From positions 512,001-576,000 of the forward strand of contig CAXXXF010000015.1 of the NCBI GenBank assembly GCA_963667175.2: 64,000 nucleotides of DNA, read 5' to 3'. Made by a program: the position numbers and the translations under genes. Origin of the DNA: Candidatus Latescibacterota bacterium. Its GTDB lineage: Bacteria > Latescibacterota > UBA2968 > GCA-2709665. The notes below the pieces were generated by a model that was given only the letters and a program-made list of their open reading frames with translations, did no database searches and had not been told where the DNA came from. This document shows, piece after piece, positions 20,354 through 30,799 of the stretch (within the stretch, counting starts at the first letter, position 1; every line of letters begins with the position of its first letter).

Positions 20354-21109
20354 TTGGAATGGTATGAAGACGAGTCGTTCTGGAAAGCGACGTATCCGTT
20401 TCTTTTTTCCGAGGCGAGGTTTGACGCCGCCGAGCAGCACCTTGACAACATCCTGGATCTGGTCGGCATCGAATCCGGGTCAGTACTGGACCTGTGTTGC
20501 GGCCCGGGCCGCAGCGCGATCCCCCTGGCGCAGCGCGGGTTTCAAGTCACCGCGGTAGACAGGAGCCCGTTTCTTCTGGGCAAAGCGAAGGCGAGGGCGG
20601 CGCACGAGAATCTGAACATTGAATGGATCGAGAGCGATATGCGGGAGTTCGAGCGGCCGGATGCCTTCGATCTGGTCCTCAATCTCAATACCTCGTTTGG
20701 CTACTTCGATGACAAGGACGAGGACATTGGGGTATTGAGCAGGATTCTTGCCAACCTGAAGCCCGGCGGACGTCTCGTCATGGATCTCATGGGCAAGGAG
20801 AAGCTGGCACGAATCTTCCAGCCGACGACGTCCGAAAAGCTTGAAGACGGCACCCTGCTGGTGCAGCGGCACGAGATCTTCGACGAGTGGACACGCGTCA
20901 GGAATGAATGGATTATCATCAAGGGTTCGGAGGTCCGCACCTTCGAGTTTCACCACACGATATATTCAGGGCAGGACCTGAAGGACAGGTTGATTGCCGT
21001 TGGATTTGGCGACGTGAAACTCTACGGGAGTTTCGACGGGGAGGAATACGGCACGGAATCCAACCGGTTTGTGGCGGTCGCCAGGAAACCCTCCCTGACA
21101 GCTGCCTGA
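20354..21109 (+). CDS. Class I SAM-dependent methyltransferase
   Basis: VLDLCCGPGR, DMREF, TSFGYF, LKPGG. Confidence 0.9.
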   Translation: MEWYEDESFWKATYPFLFSEARFDAAEQHLDNILDLVGIESGSVLDLCCGPGRSAIPLAQRGFQVTAVDRSPFLLGKAKARAAHENLNIEWIESDMREFERPDAFDLVLNLNTSFGYFDDKDEDIGVLSRILANLKPGGRLVMDLMGKEKLARIFQPTTSEKLEDGTLLVQRHEIFDEWTRVRNEWIIIKGSEVRTFEFHHTIYSGQDLKDRLIAVGFGDVKLYGSFDGEEYGTESNRFVAVARKPSLTAA

Positions 21110-21173
21110 TCATACGGAAGGAAGAGCTCCATCCCGGCGAAGAGGTCAGGCCCCATTTGGAGCGACAGAACTC

Positions 21174-21599
21174 ATGGACACCGTCGACATAACTTCGATC
21201 AGATACCAGAATACGCTTGAGGGGATCGGGTCCGACAATCTCGGCGGTCACTTCATGGGTTGGCCCAATCCGCCCTCGCCGGATGCGCATCTGAGGATTC
21301 TTCAGGGCAGCGATTACCTCGTTCTGGCTGTTTCCACGCAAGGAACGGTCGTCGGCTGGATTTCAGCCATCTCGGACGGCGTGTCCTGCGCATATATTCC
21401 ACATCTAAGCGTACTGCCGGCATACCAGGGCAAGGGCATTGGCGCCGAGCTTGTCAGGCGGATGCGCGAACAGGTTGGACACCTTTACATGATCGACCTT
21501 GTGTGCGACCGGGACGTGGCTGATTTCTACGTCAAGCAGGGTTTCTCGGAATGCGTGGGCATGGTCGTTCGCAATTTCGAGCGACAGAACTGCGAATAG
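21174..21599 (+). CDS. GNAT family N-acetyltransferase
   Basis: VLPAYQGKGIG, FYVKQGF. Confidence 0.9.
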   Translation: MDTVDITSIRYQNTLEGIGSDNLGGHFMGWPNPPSPDAHLRILQGSDYLVLAVSTQGTVVGWISAISDGVSCAYIPHLSVLPAYQGKGIGAELVRRMREQVGHLYMIDLVCDRDVADFYVKQGFSECVGMVVRNFERQNCE

Positions 21600-21606
21600 G
21601 GTTTCG

Positions 21607-22395
21607 ATGACGCCTCATTCCAGCGATGTGATTTCCGAAGAAACGGCTCGGTACTACGCCGCGCGTGCTCCGGAATACGACCGTAGCGCGGGGTATCTGA
21701 CGCTCGACGCACATCCTTACCGCGCTGCGAAGAAGAAGCGATACCAGCAGCTGTTTCATGGCCACGACGTACTCGAGATTGCGTGCGGGACGGGATACTG
21801 GACGAACGCCCTTGCGGAAACCGCGACGTCGATTGTCGGCATTGACGTCAACCCGGAAATGATCTCACGTGCGCGCTCCAGGTGCGAACAGCTCCCGCAC
21901 GTGAACTTCCGTCTGGCTGACGCGTATTCCCTGGATCCCGCGGTCGGTACATTCACGGCGGCGTTCGCTGTGTGGTGGTGGTCCCACGTCCCCAGGTCCC
22001 GCCTGCGGCAGTTTCTGCAATCGCTTCACCGCAGGCTGATTCCCGGAGCGTTTGTGCTGTTTTCGGACCAGCTTGAATATGAAATTCCCAAGGTTGATGG
22101 AATGGCCACACAAAGGCATGAGAATGCGAACGGCGATACCATCGAGCGGCGGGTTCTATCGGATGGGCGAGAGTACGATATCGTAAAGAATTTCCCGACG
22201 GAGCGGGAACTTGTTTCATCCGTGAGTGGCTTCGGATCGGACATTCAGTACCGGGAGTGGCCGGGAGAAAAGCATTGGGAACTGACGTACAAGTCTGGCA
22301 AAACGCAAGATAGGGCAAAACCCCGAATAGCATCAACCAACTCCTCGAGTATTACGAGATCGCATTCTCTTTCCGCGATATTCCGCGGGAGGTAG
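21607..22395 (+). CDS. Class I SAM-dependent methyltransferase
   Basis: VLEIACGTGYWT, WWSHVP, IVKNFP. Confidence 0.88.
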   Translation: MTPHSSDVISEETARYYAARAPEYDRSAGYLTLDAHPYRAAKKKRYQQLFHGHDVLEIACGTGYWTNALAETATSIVGIDVNPEMISRARSRCEQLPHVNFRLADAYSLDPAVGTFTAAFAVWWWSHVPRSRLRQFLQSLHRRLIPGAFVLFSDQLEYEIPKVDGMATQRHENANGDTIERRVLSDGREYDIVKNFPTERELVSSVSGFGSDIQYREWPGEKHWELTYKSGKTQDRAKPRIASTNSSSITRSHSLSAIFRGR

Positions 22396-22615
22396 ACGTT
22401 CTGGAGGAGGCCGCCCGTCGCTTTGCAGAGATCCCTGTCAAGACCTTTCTCGAGATCGGATGCGGCAACAGCCCCCTCATGGAAGAGCTGGCAGGCAGAG
22501 GCTACGATTTCATAGGAATCGACACAAGTGACGAAATGCTCACGTACTCGAAGGAGAAAGCCAGGAAACGGGGAGTTCACGCGCGGTTTGTGAAGGCGAT
22601 CATGGAAGACCGTTC
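22345..22615 (+). pseudogene. Truncated class I methyltransferase fragment
   Basis: FPREVDVLEE..KTFLEIGCGNSP..GYDFIGIDTSDEML; homology ends at a CTCTGCG-type repeat at about 22612-22640. Confidence 0.6.
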
Positions 22616-22662
22616 TCTGCGTTCTCCGCGGGCTCTGCGGGTAAGAAGAGACGGTACAGATT

Positions 22663-24936
22663 TTGGAGGTCATCGCTATAATCAAGCCAGGTCACGAGTG
22701 GGTACGGCGGGCGCGCACCTTTCAGATAGAGCAATATCACCCGCCCTTCTGGCCCGACATCGACTTTGACGCGAAGCAGCTCGTCGATGTCGTGCGGAAA
22801 TACCACGCCAACGCTATCCGGTTCGGCAGCGCGGGTAAATGGGCGGTCTTCCCCAATGAGTTCTTTCCCCCGCACCCTCAATTAGGTGAGCGCGACCTGC
22901 TCGCCGAGACTATCGCCGAGGCCCATGCGCGGGAGGTGCGCGTCATCGGGTACATTCCCGTGGGGCACATTATTCCCGAAGATAACATGCTGATCCATCA
23001 TCCGGAGTGGATGTACCGCCCCAGCCCCGAAGGCGACGCTCCTGTCCTGAGGCACCACGGCGGCGGATTTCACCGGCACCTCTGCTTCAACACACCGTAC
23101 CGAGAGGCCATCTGCGCTTTCATCGCACAAGTGGTGGACCACGACGTCGACGCGATCTACACCGATTCCGCCTGTCCTTACCATTCGCACCACACCCCGC
23201 AGTCGCCCTTGTGCTACTGCGACTATTGCCTCGAGAAGTTCGAGAGGCAATTGGGCTGCCCAATGCCGTATGCACCCGATCCGCACAGCCTGCCTCGGGA
23301 AGACCGGGAGATGCTGGAAGCGTGGAGCCTGCAGTACGGCAGGATCGTCGGCGAGGTCTTTCTCGAATTCGCCGCCGCGACGCGAAAGAAGAAGGACATC
23401 CCGGTGCTGACGCACGGCCTGGGTGTGGGCAACTGGCCCGAACGCAGGATCGTGGAGGCGCACGATGGATTCCTCTACGAGGCCGGGGGCGACTTCCTTC
23501 ATCGGCTCGAGGCGGCCAGTCTGGCCGAGTCGTCGGGATGGGCCATGTGGCAATACGTCGGCGCCTTGACGGGCTGGTCGCGGGCGCAGTGCTTCGGCAT
23601 GGAACTCGTCGAGGAGGCCGCAGCCAGCTTTGCTTCCGGAGGGGGCGTCCTGGTGGCGTGCGGCGTGAACCTTTGGCTGTCGCCTCCCCATAAGGCCAAT
23701 CGTGAGCTGGCGGCGCTCCTTGAGATCCTGGAGAGGAACGAATCACTCTTCGAAGATCTCCACCCGTCACCGTTTGTTGCGATTCCGTTTGTTTTGCCGG
23801 TGCGGGTGTATGAGATGCTCGAGCGGTTGCGGTTCCGCGCCGAGCCCCTGGTGATGCGCGATCGTCCGCGCGATGTCATCGGCCAGTCCAGGCAGGACCT
23901 CGCCGACCGTCCGGGGGAGCTCGAGGCCCCGCTCTCCGAGGCGGGCTATCTTGTGCGCACGCCCCCGCAGCAATCCTGCCGTCGCGGGGCCTTCTCGGCC
24001 ATGCTGGCCAACCATTTGCCGACGTCGGTGATCGAGGAGCGGGTTCTCTCCGATGCAGCGGCGTTGGCAAAGTATCCCGTTCTGCTTCTGCCCAACGTCG
24101 GCCATCTCACGCGGGAGGAAGTCGAAGGCATCACGGAATACGTGAAGGCGGGCGGGCGGCTCCTGGCGACGTACCGGACGAGCCTGTACGGCGCCAAGCC
24201 CGATGAGATGCGAGACAACTTCGCCCTGGCGGACCTTCTGGGCGTGGACCGCGTGGACCCGAACCCCGACCAATTCGCTGATTACGAACAACACCTCTGG
24301 GCCGCCGGGACGTTCGACACGTACGGCTGCTGCGTTCCGGGTCAATGGCTGGCCGAGGGGTGCTCGCATGAGCTGTGGCCGCTCAATCGGTTCGAGTTCG
24401 TCCAGGCGCGGCCGGGAACCGACGTGGTGGCGAACATCGTCTTCGGCGGGCGCGAGGACGACGCTCTGTGTCCCGCCGTCACCTGCCGGACGGTTGGCAA
24501 GGGCCGCGTCGTCTATCTGGCCGCGCCGGTGGAGGAGCTTCATTTCGAATATCGCCTGCTGGTGGTCCGCGATCTTCTGGGCGCCGTGGTGGATTGGCTC
24601 TACCCGGAGGGCCGGCCTCTGATGACCGATGGCCCGAACCAACTCGTGATGATTCCGAATGAGAAACCGGGAAGCCAGGTGTTGTTTCTGATCAATCACA
24701 CCGGCGAGCGCGTCGAGCATCTGCCGGGGATCTGGCCGCGCTTCAGCCCACAGTTTGACTATGTGACCACGATACCCGAAGTGAACCTGTGCTGGCAGCT
24801 CACGGAGCGGGGCACTCCTCGTCGCGTGTGGGACGTTTGCACGGGAGATGACCTGGAGGTCACGTTCGACGGAAACCACCTGGAAACCATATTAACGAAC
24901 ATCGGACAGTACGCGATGATTGCCGCTGAGTTCTGA
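22663..24936 (+). CDS. Hypothetical glycosyl hydrolase (GHL6/GH42-like TIM barrel plus beta-galactosidase trimerisation domain)
   Basis: DFDA....HPEW, LCFNTPYR, DAIYTD, CYCDYC..KF, YPVLLLPN, YVKAGGRLLAT, GKGRVVY. Confidence 0.8.
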   Translation: MEVIAIIKPGHEWVRRARTFQIEQYHPPFWPDIDFDAKQLVDVVRKYHANAIRFGSAGKWAVFPNEFFPPHPQLGERDLLAETIAEAHAREVRVIGYIPVGHIIPEDNMLIHHPEWMYRPSPEGDAPVLRHHGGGFHRHLCFNTPYREAICAFIAQVVDHDVDAIYTDSACPYHSHHTPQSPLCYCDYCLEKFERQLGCPMPYAPDPHSLPREDREMLEAWSLQYGRIVGEVFLEFAAATRKKKDIPVLTHGLGVGNWPERRIVEAHDGFLYEAGGDFLHRLEAASLAESSGWAMWQYVGALTGWSRAQCFGMELVEEAAASFASGGGVLVACGVNLWLSPPHKANRELAALLEILERNESLFEDLHPSPFVAIPFVLPVRVYEMLERLRFRAEPLVMRDRPRDVIGQSRQDLADRPGELEAPLSEAGYLVRTPPQQSCRRGAFSAMLANHLPTSVIEERVLSDAAALAKYPVLLLPNVGHLTREEVEGITEYVKAGGRLLATYRTSLYGAKPDEMRDNFALADLLGVDRVDPNPDQFADYEQHLWAAGTFDTYGCCVPGQWLAEGCSHELWPLNRFEFVQARPGTDVVANIVFGGREDDALCPAVTCRTVGKGRVVYLAAPVEELHFEYRLLVVRDLLGAVVDWLYPEGRPLMTDGPNQLVMIPNEKPGSQVLFLINHTGERVEHLPGIWPRFSPQFDYVTTIPEVNLCWQLTERGTPRRVWDVCTGDDLEVTFDGNHLETILTNIGQYAMIAAEF

Positions 24937-25044
24937 TTCAGCGACAAAGCGGGCTTACCGAACCATTTCGTTCCGATGATTGTCACATCCCACTAACAAA
25001 CTCAAATCGCAAATGCGACGATCTGTGAGAGAAAGGGTTGCCTC

Positions 25045-26625
25045 ATGACCGAAACGGAAAAAACCCTCTTCGATGTTCCACGGAGCGGGTCCAGGGCGCC
25101 GATGACCGAGGAGCAGAGGTGGGCCTTCGAGCTCGACGGCTATATCCTCCTCCCGAGCCTGCTCGGCGCGCCGGCAGCGGCGCACGCCACACCCGCCGCT
25201 CTGGCTGAGCATCCGGACTTGCTGGCTGCGATTGATCAGCTGGCTGGCGGGGAGTTACCGCTGTGGCACCGCGCTGCGTACGACGGTACTGAAGGGAAGG
25301 AACAGGAGTTCCACACGATCAAGTTTGAGCTGGACCGGCCGTCGCGCCGCCTGACCAAAGAGGGGCAGTGGGCCAATGATCTGACGGTGGATGAGCAGCG
25401 CCGGCTGGGCTACGACACGACCAGCCGGCCCGACCGGGTGTGCGTCTGGGGGCTGCGCGCGCTGTGGGCCGTGGGCGACAGCTGCGTGGTGGTGTGCCCT
25501 GCGTCGCACAAAGCCAACGTCCAGCCGCCCCCGAGCATGGCGCGCGCCGAGGAGCTCGGGGCGACGGAGCGCGTGCAGCTCCGCGCTGGCGACTGTCTGC
25601 TCGCGGTTGCCACCACGCTGGTCGGCGCCGCCCCAGGCTCCTCGCTGCAGGAGTGCATCTTTTGCGACGACTCCCGCTACCCTGGGGGGGCCTTCGGCCA
25701 CGGCGCGACGGGTGTGGACAGCTGGCTGGATGAGCTCACGCCGGCGCGCCGAGCGCTGGTGGCCGGCCCACCACGCGGCCTCGGCCACGACGGCCAGCCC
25801 CTCAGCAACGAGCAGCAGCTGGCGCCGTCGCTGCTGGACGTCAACACGCGGCCTGATGCTCCGAACCACGAGGAGGTCTGGTTCTGGGACCTGAGAGGCT
25901 ACCTGGTGCTGCCTGGCGTGATGGACCGCGAGTGGTTAGCGCAGTGCAATGCAGCGCTCGACTCGCCCTTCGCCGAAGCCAACCGTCGGCCGGTGGCCTT
26001 TTCGAGCAGTGTCGTGGGCGAGTACCCGGACTACGAGGGCTGTTCGCAGACTATTGCCCCGGCCCCGGGCACGCGCTGCACCGAAGAGCGCGTCTCGCAG
26101 ACCTGGACCCATCCCCCACCCTTCAGCGACGGCTTTCGACGCATGATCGACAATCCGCTCGTGAACGCGCGGCTGAAGTGGATGATCGACCCGGGCTTCG
26201 TCATGACGACTTGCTACACCATCGTCAGCCGCGACGGGGCGGCCGGCCAGCCCCTGCATGGCGGCTGGTTTTACGGCGCCGGCCATACCTATCATTTCCG
26301 GGACGGACAGCCTCGTACGGAGCAGGTGAACATCGGCTGGCTGCTCCAAGACGTCGAGACGGCGACGGGCGACGGCGGACTGATGTTAGTCCCCGGAAGC
26401 CACAAAGCGCGGCTACCGCTGCCGCGCCCGAAGCAAACCAGCTGCGATCTGCCGCAGGTCAAGCATATGCAGGGGGTTGCCGGCACGGTGATCATGTACA
26501 CGGGCACGACGACGCACGGCGTGCGCAGTTGGCGCAACCCCAATCGCGAGCGGCGCTTCGTCAACACCAAAGCGGGACCCAATATACGGCGGCCGGAGCG
26601 CGAGGCGGCGCAACCGAGCCCCTGA
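25045..26625 (+). CDS. Tandem two-domain PhyH-like protein
   Basis: Two F/W-(E/D)-L.GY starts, PASHK and PGSHK; the C-domain has LHGG and TTHG. Confidence 0.8.
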   Translation: MTETEKTLFDVPRSGSRAPMTEEQRWAFELDGYILLPSLLGAPAAAHATPAALAEHPDLLAAIDQLAGGELPLWHRAAYDGTEGKEQEFHTIKFELDRPSRRLTKEGQWANDLTVDEQRRLGYDTTSRPDRVCVWGLRALWAVGDSCVVVCPASHKANVQPPPSMARAEELGATERVQLRAGDCLLAVATTLVGAAPGSSLQECIFCDDSRYPGGAFGHGATGVDSWLDELTPARRALVAGPPRGLGHDGQPLSNEQQLAPSLLDVNTRPDAPNHEEVWFWDLRGYLVLPGVMDREWLAQCNAALDSPFAEANRRPVAFSSSVVGEYPDYEGCSQTIAPAPGTRCTEERVSQTWTHPPPFSDGFRRMIDNPLVNARLKWMIDPGFVMTTCYTIVSRDGAAGQPLHGGWFYGAGHTYHFRDGQPRTEQVNIGWLLQDVETATGDGGLMLVPGSHKARLPLPRPKQTSCDLPQVKHMQGVAGTVIMYTGTTTHGVRSWRNPNRERRFVNTKAGPNIRRPEREAAQPSP

Positions 26626-26671
26626 TGACCTCTGGCATTTTTTCGTGGATCCTGCCGAAGGCAAATGAAAA

Positions 26672-27523
26672 GTGATACAAGTACTGCCCACCGAAACGCG
26701 ATTCGTTGAAATTCATCACCTGGACTGGGACCTGAAGTGGTCCATCCAGTTTCCGGAAGTCATCACGTCGATGAATGGTGTGACGATGATGTGGCAGGAG
26801 ATTTGCCCTCAATGGACCCGGACGGGAGACAATGCATGGGAATACGAATGGCAGACAACGCCTGAGTACATCAAAGAGCAGTTGGCATACCGTCAAAACG
26901 ATCCCTCAGGGAATGTCATTCGTCACAACTTCATCACAGGTCTTTCTCTCAGAGCAGCCTTGTCCGGACTCGAGGACAGCGTGAAATTGACGTTGACCCT
27001 CACGAATCAGTCATCCGCGAAGTTTTATGACGTCGCTTCCGATGGTGGATGTCTCCAGGCAAAGTCATCTGATTTCCTGGATCAAAATGAAGTCAAACGG
27101 TCCTACATCATGGTGAACGGCAAGCCGGAGAGCATGGGCAATCTTCACAGAACCCTGGATATTCGGACCGCGTATCATGCAGAACTTGCGGACTACGAAA
27201 AAGAATGGGTCAACAGGTCAGCGTGGTTCTGGGGAAGAAGCAACACGGCCATAGACCGGCCGGCCATCCTGGGCGCCGTTTCTCATGACAGGTCCAGGGC
27301 AATCGCGTTGGGATATGAGTGCGCAACGTCGGCGCTTCAGAACGCTGACGGTCACCATTGCCTGCATAGCAGACCTCATTTTGGTGATCTTGCACCGGGG
27401 CAGTCGGTGACTCGGAAAGGCTGCATCCTGTTCGGCAGCGCGTTCTCTACGCTGGCAATGCGACTCCGAAAACAACTCAACAGACCGGACACGTCTGGCC
27501 TGGATGATTCCAAAATAAGTTAG
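26672..27523 (+). CDS. Hypothetical protein
   Basis: 283-aa ORF; HCLHSRP.FGDLAPGQS motif; function unclear. Confidence 0.65.
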   Translation: MIQVLPTETRFVEIHHLDWDLKWSIQFPEVITSMNGVTMMWQEICPQWTRTGDNAWEYEWQTTPEYIKEQLAYRQNDPSGNVIRHNFITGLSLRAALSGLEDSVKLTLTLTNQSSAKFYDVASDGGCLQAKSSDFLDQNEVKRSYIMVNGKPESMGNLHRTLDIRTAYHAELADYEKEWVNRSAWFWGRSNTAIDRPAILGAVSHDRSRAIALGYECATSALQNADGHHCLHSRPHFGDLAPGQSVTRKGCILFGSAFSTLAMRLRKQLNRPDTSGLDDSKIS

Positions 27524-27601
27524 ATTCCGTACCCAAGTCATAAAGCTAACCTATTCCGACGCATTTTAAGCGGCAAAGCTCGGATATGGATTTCTGGAGA
27601 G

Positions 27602-27823
27602 TTGAAAATGAGAAATGAATTCACGGCAGTGATCGAACACGACGACGAGTGGATAATTGCCTATTGCCCTGAGATCACGGGCGCCAACGGACAGGGTAAG
27701 ACCAGGGATGAAGCCCTTGCAAGCTTGAGGGATGCGATATCGCTTATCCTCAAGGATCGCCGGGAGGATGGACTTCGCGCGGTTCCTGCAGAAGCGGAAC
27801 GTGAAATTGTCGTGGTCGAATGA
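27602..27823 (+). CDS. hicB: HicB-like antitoxin
   Basis: FTAVIE..WIIAYCPEITGANGQGKT.DEA..SLRDAI. Confidence 0.88.
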   Translation: MKMRNEFTAVIEHDDEWIIAYCPEITGANGQGKTRDEALASLRDAISLILKDRREDGLRAVPAEAEREIVVVE

Positions 27824-28008
27824 AACGCCATGCGTTGTTAAAGCACTTACGTCTTCACGGTTGCCATCTCAAGCGCGAAGGGCGCTCTCACTCACTTTGG
27901 ATAAATCCTGCCTCGGGAGCGGTTGAGACGGTGCCGCGGCATGTCGAGATTCCAAACCGTCTTGCACGTAAGATCTGCAAAGAGCTTGGGGTAGCAGATA
28001 TCGTCTGA
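27820..28008 (+). CDS. hicA: HicA toxin
   Basis: LKREGRSHSLW...VPRHVEI...LARKICKELG; ATGA overlap with hicB. Confidence 0.88.
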   Translation: MKRHALLKHLRLHGCHLKREGRSHSLWINPASGAVETVPRHVEIPNRLARKICKELGVADIV

Positions 28009-28313
28009 ATAATTCATAGAAAAGGCAGTTTCCTTACCCAAACCATTGTATTATATTATGGTTACGCGAATAACCTGATAACAATGAACGGGGAGGAAAC
28101 TACCGTAGCAGGTCAAGACAAACAATATACGATGTCTATTGCAAGTGTTTCCGGCAAACGGGTAGAAGCCGCCAACGCACTTTCCACGGCCTTCCTTTGT
28201 AGGTATAATTGCGAGTGCCAACGGTTCTACTAATCTCAGGATGGCGAGTGTTCTTTGGCTGCGGTTTAGTAAACCGCTGAAATTCTCATTCGTGGTGAGG
28301 AAGCCGCCACCAG

Positions 28314-28587
28314 ATGGATTTTGAATGGGATCCGGAAAAAGCAGAAGCCAACGAACTGAAACATGATCTCAGTTTTCCGGAGGGGGCCAGTGTCTTCGGC
28401 GACCCTCTGGCGATAACTTTCCCGGACCCGGATCATTCAGTGGATGAAGGACGGCACCTTACTTTTGGTCTCTCGAGACTGGGTCGATACGTAGTTATCT
28501 CGCCTACACAATAGGAATGGAAAGACGAGAATAATAAGTGCGCGTTTAACGACGCGTCGGGAAAGGAGAATCTATGAAGAGGGCTGA
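28314..28587 (+). pseudogene. brnT: BrnT-family toxin, frameshifted
   Basis: FEWDPEKAEANELKH...DPDHS.DE; the C-terminal RIISARLTTRRERRIYEEG* lies in another frame after about 28500. Confidence 0.8.
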
Positions 28588-28801
28588 ACCGGACGAACTG
28601 CGACCGGAATATCGCCGTGGAGATCTCGGTCCTGGCGTCCGGGGCAAATATCTTGAGTCTTTTCGATGCGGAACAAATCTCGTCTTACTCGAGCCGGACA
28701 TTGCCAGGGCATTTCCCACCGAGGAGGCCGTAAATAACGCACTTCGGTCATTTTTGGAAGAGGCCAGAGAACCGACAGACTCAAGGAAGGGCGCCAGTTG
28801 A
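28574..28801 (+). CDS. BrnA-like antitoxin
   Basis: DELRPEY...GVRGKY...VLLEPDIARAFP.EEAVNNALR; overlaps the brnT end. Confidence 0.8.
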   Translation: MKRAEPDELRPEYRRGDLGPGVRGKYLESFRCGTNLVLLEPDIARAFPTEEAVNNALRSFLEEAREPTDSRKGAS

Positions 28802-28863
28802 ATAGTGCAATACAATATTCTTGATGTTATCGCAGTAACGGTTGGGCTAGTGTCCATTCCAGC

Positions 28864-28974
28864 GAGGTATCACCGTCCGGATACGGCGTTCACTGGCCGT
28901 TGATCGATGAAGACCTGTCTATCGACGGATTGCTTGGAATAACTCACGGAAAGAAAATGGCCAAATTCGTCTAA
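28864..28974 (+). pseudogene. DUF2442-family C-terminal remnant
   Basis: EVSPSGYGVHWPLIDEDLSIDGLLG*; no start found. Confidence 0.65.
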
Positions 28975-29194
28975 CGGATGCGGCACATGACTGGCGATGG
29001 ATTGTTTTAAAGTAAAGAAGGGAGGAAACGCTTCAAAACAAAGTTCTTGATGAAATGGAATCCGCGTCGTATATTTCGAATGCATAGACAACGGGTCGTC
29101 AACGTCCCGTCGACGCAAATTTCGCAAAAACGGCCATTCAATGGAGGGCTTTCGAAAACCAGGTAATCCGACATTGCCATAGTAATTCCGGATT

Positions 29195-29338
29195 CAGGTT
29201 ACAAAACAGGGAAAACGGTGAAAATCCGTTGCGGTCCCGCCGCTGTAACTGGGGATGTTTCTCGCAACGACGCCACTGGTTAAAACCGGGAAGGCGCGGG
29301 AAACAGGTGATCCAGGAGCCAGAAGACCTGCCTGAGTC
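29195..29338 (+). ncRNA. Cobalamin riboswitch
   Basis: AGGGAA..CGGTG..AATCCG..GCGG.CCCGCCGCTGT, GCCACTG...CCGGGAAGGC, GAGCCAGAAGACCTGCC; upstream of B12 genes. Confidence 0.95.
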
Positions 29339-29425
29339 TCAGACCTTAGAAGCTGTTCTAAAATTCCTCGTGGATTCGGGAAAAGGTGACATACACGTGT
29401 GCTTCGGCCGCGTGGTTGGTTATGA

Positions 29426-29460
29426 CCCTGATTTCCGCAAGGAAGTCGGGGATTTTTTTT
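29426..29460 (+). terminator. Rho-independent terminator (likely riboswitch expression platform)
   Basis: CCCTGATTTCC-GCAA-GGAAGTCGGGG followed by a T-run. Confidence 0.8.
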
Positions 29461-29534
29461 ACAAAGCTATCAGCAGTCAGCAGTCAGCTTGAATCAGAAA
29501 CCAAACCACTGACGTCGGTGCCGCGTTTGGATTT

Positions 29535-29559
29535 GTAGGGGCAACCCTTGTGGTTGCCC
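29535..29559. repeat. GTAG-type REP
   Basis: GTAGGGGCAACCCTTGTGGTTGCCC, identical to the copies at 8976-9000 and 56995. Confidence 0.8.
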
Positions 29560-29671
29560 GCGTCGCGGCGCGTATATCACGAATTGACGTCGCGGTTCCG
29601 TATCGCGAACGGATTCTGGCTGATCGCTGACAGCCGATTGCTGTTGTTTCCGATCGTTGGAGGCTGATTTG

Positions 29672-30796
29672 ATGTTGGATTCTAAGTTCTGGACACGATT
29701 GCTCTTCTGCATCGGTATGTGCGGGACGGCGATACCCGTCTCCTCGGAAGTGTCGCTGCAATATGCCAGGGGGTTTCGCGTTGACTATTTCGAAGGGTAC
29801 AAGGTCGCGACCGTCGTCGCGCCGGGTACTGGCGCAAGGGATACGCTTCGGTACGTCCTGGTATCACGCGACGGGAAATCGCCGGATGGCTATGAAGGGG
29901 CACCGAGGATACGGATTCCCGTGCGGTCGCTGGTCACCACCTCCACGACGCACCTGCCGCATATCGAGAAGCTGGATGAGATTCAAAGCCTCGTTGCGGT
30001 GGACAACGTCAAATTCGTCAACTCGGAGGCCGTCAGACAGCGGTTCGCGGCAGGGAAAATAGCGGAAGTCGGCAGGGGAAGGTCGATCGATTTGGAGCGG
30101 GTTCTCGTGCTCCGCCCCGACGTTGTCATCATCGACGCTCCGTCGCAGGACAACGCAACCCATTCGCTGCAGCAGGCCGGCGTGGCCGCCGTGGTGAATG
30201 CCGCCTATGCCGAGCCGACGCTGCTCGGGCGAGTGGAGTGGCTCAAATTCATGGGCGCCTTTTTCAATAAGGAAGTGATGGCCGCCGCGCAATTCGACAG
30301 TATCGCGGCCAGGTACGAGGCGCTCAGATCGTTGACCGGGAATGTGCCGCGCGAAGAGAAACCGACCGTTTTCGTGGGATCCCTGTGGCGAGGGACGTGG
30401 TTTATGTCTGGCGGCAAGTCCTATCCCGCACAATTGCTCGAGGACGCCGGAGCGGATTACCTGTGGGGAGACAGTGAATCGCGACGGAGTTTGTCACTGG
30501 ACTTCGAAACGGTTTACGAAGTGGCGCACAATGCCGATTTCTGGATCACCATGAGAAACGAGTGGCAATCCATAGACAACGTCGTCGCGGAAGATGAACG
30601 ATACGGGCAATTCAAGGCGGTCAGAACGGGGAACGTCTTCAACGCCAACGCGAGGCTCAACGCAAATGGCGGCAATGATTATTGGGAAACCGGCCTGATC
30701 GAGCCGGACGTTCTTCTGGCCGACATCATTAAGATCCTGCATCCCGACCTGCTGCCCGATCACCAGCTCAAATATTATCGAAAGCTCGATCCGTAG
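29672..30796 (+). CDS. Cobalamin/iron-complex ABC substrate-binding protein (BtuF-like)
   Basis: YARGF.V, LGRVEWLKF, NDYWE.G...PD..L.D; riboswitch context. Confidence 0.88.
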   Translation: MLDSKFWTRLLFCIGMCGTAIPVSSEVSLQYARGFRVDYFEGYKVATVVAPGTGARDTLRYVLVSRDGKSPDGYEGAPRIRIPVRSLVTTSTTHLPHIEKLDEIQSLVAVDNVKFVNSEAVRQRFAAGKIAEVGRGRSIDLERVLVLRPDVVIIDAPSQDNATHSLQQAGVAAVVNAAYAEPTLLGRVEWLKFMGAFFNKEVMAAAQFDSIAARYEALRSLTGNVPREEKPTVFVGSLWRGTWFMSGGKSYPAQLLEDAGADYLWGDSESRRSLSLDFETVYEVAHNADFWITMRNEWQSIDNVVAEDERYGQFKAVRTGNVFNANARLNANGGNDYWETGLIEPDVLLADIIKILHPDLLPDHQLKYYRKLDP

Positions 30797-30799
30797 CCA

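Noticed and set aside
14740-28980. Possible integron/attC cassette array (GTTAGAT at about 14915, GTTAGGT at about 18280, GTCTAAC at the DUF2442 stop; many short co-oriented genes)
   Set aside because: I could not pair R''/R' cores into convincing attC hairpins, and there is no integrase. IntegronFinder would be needed.
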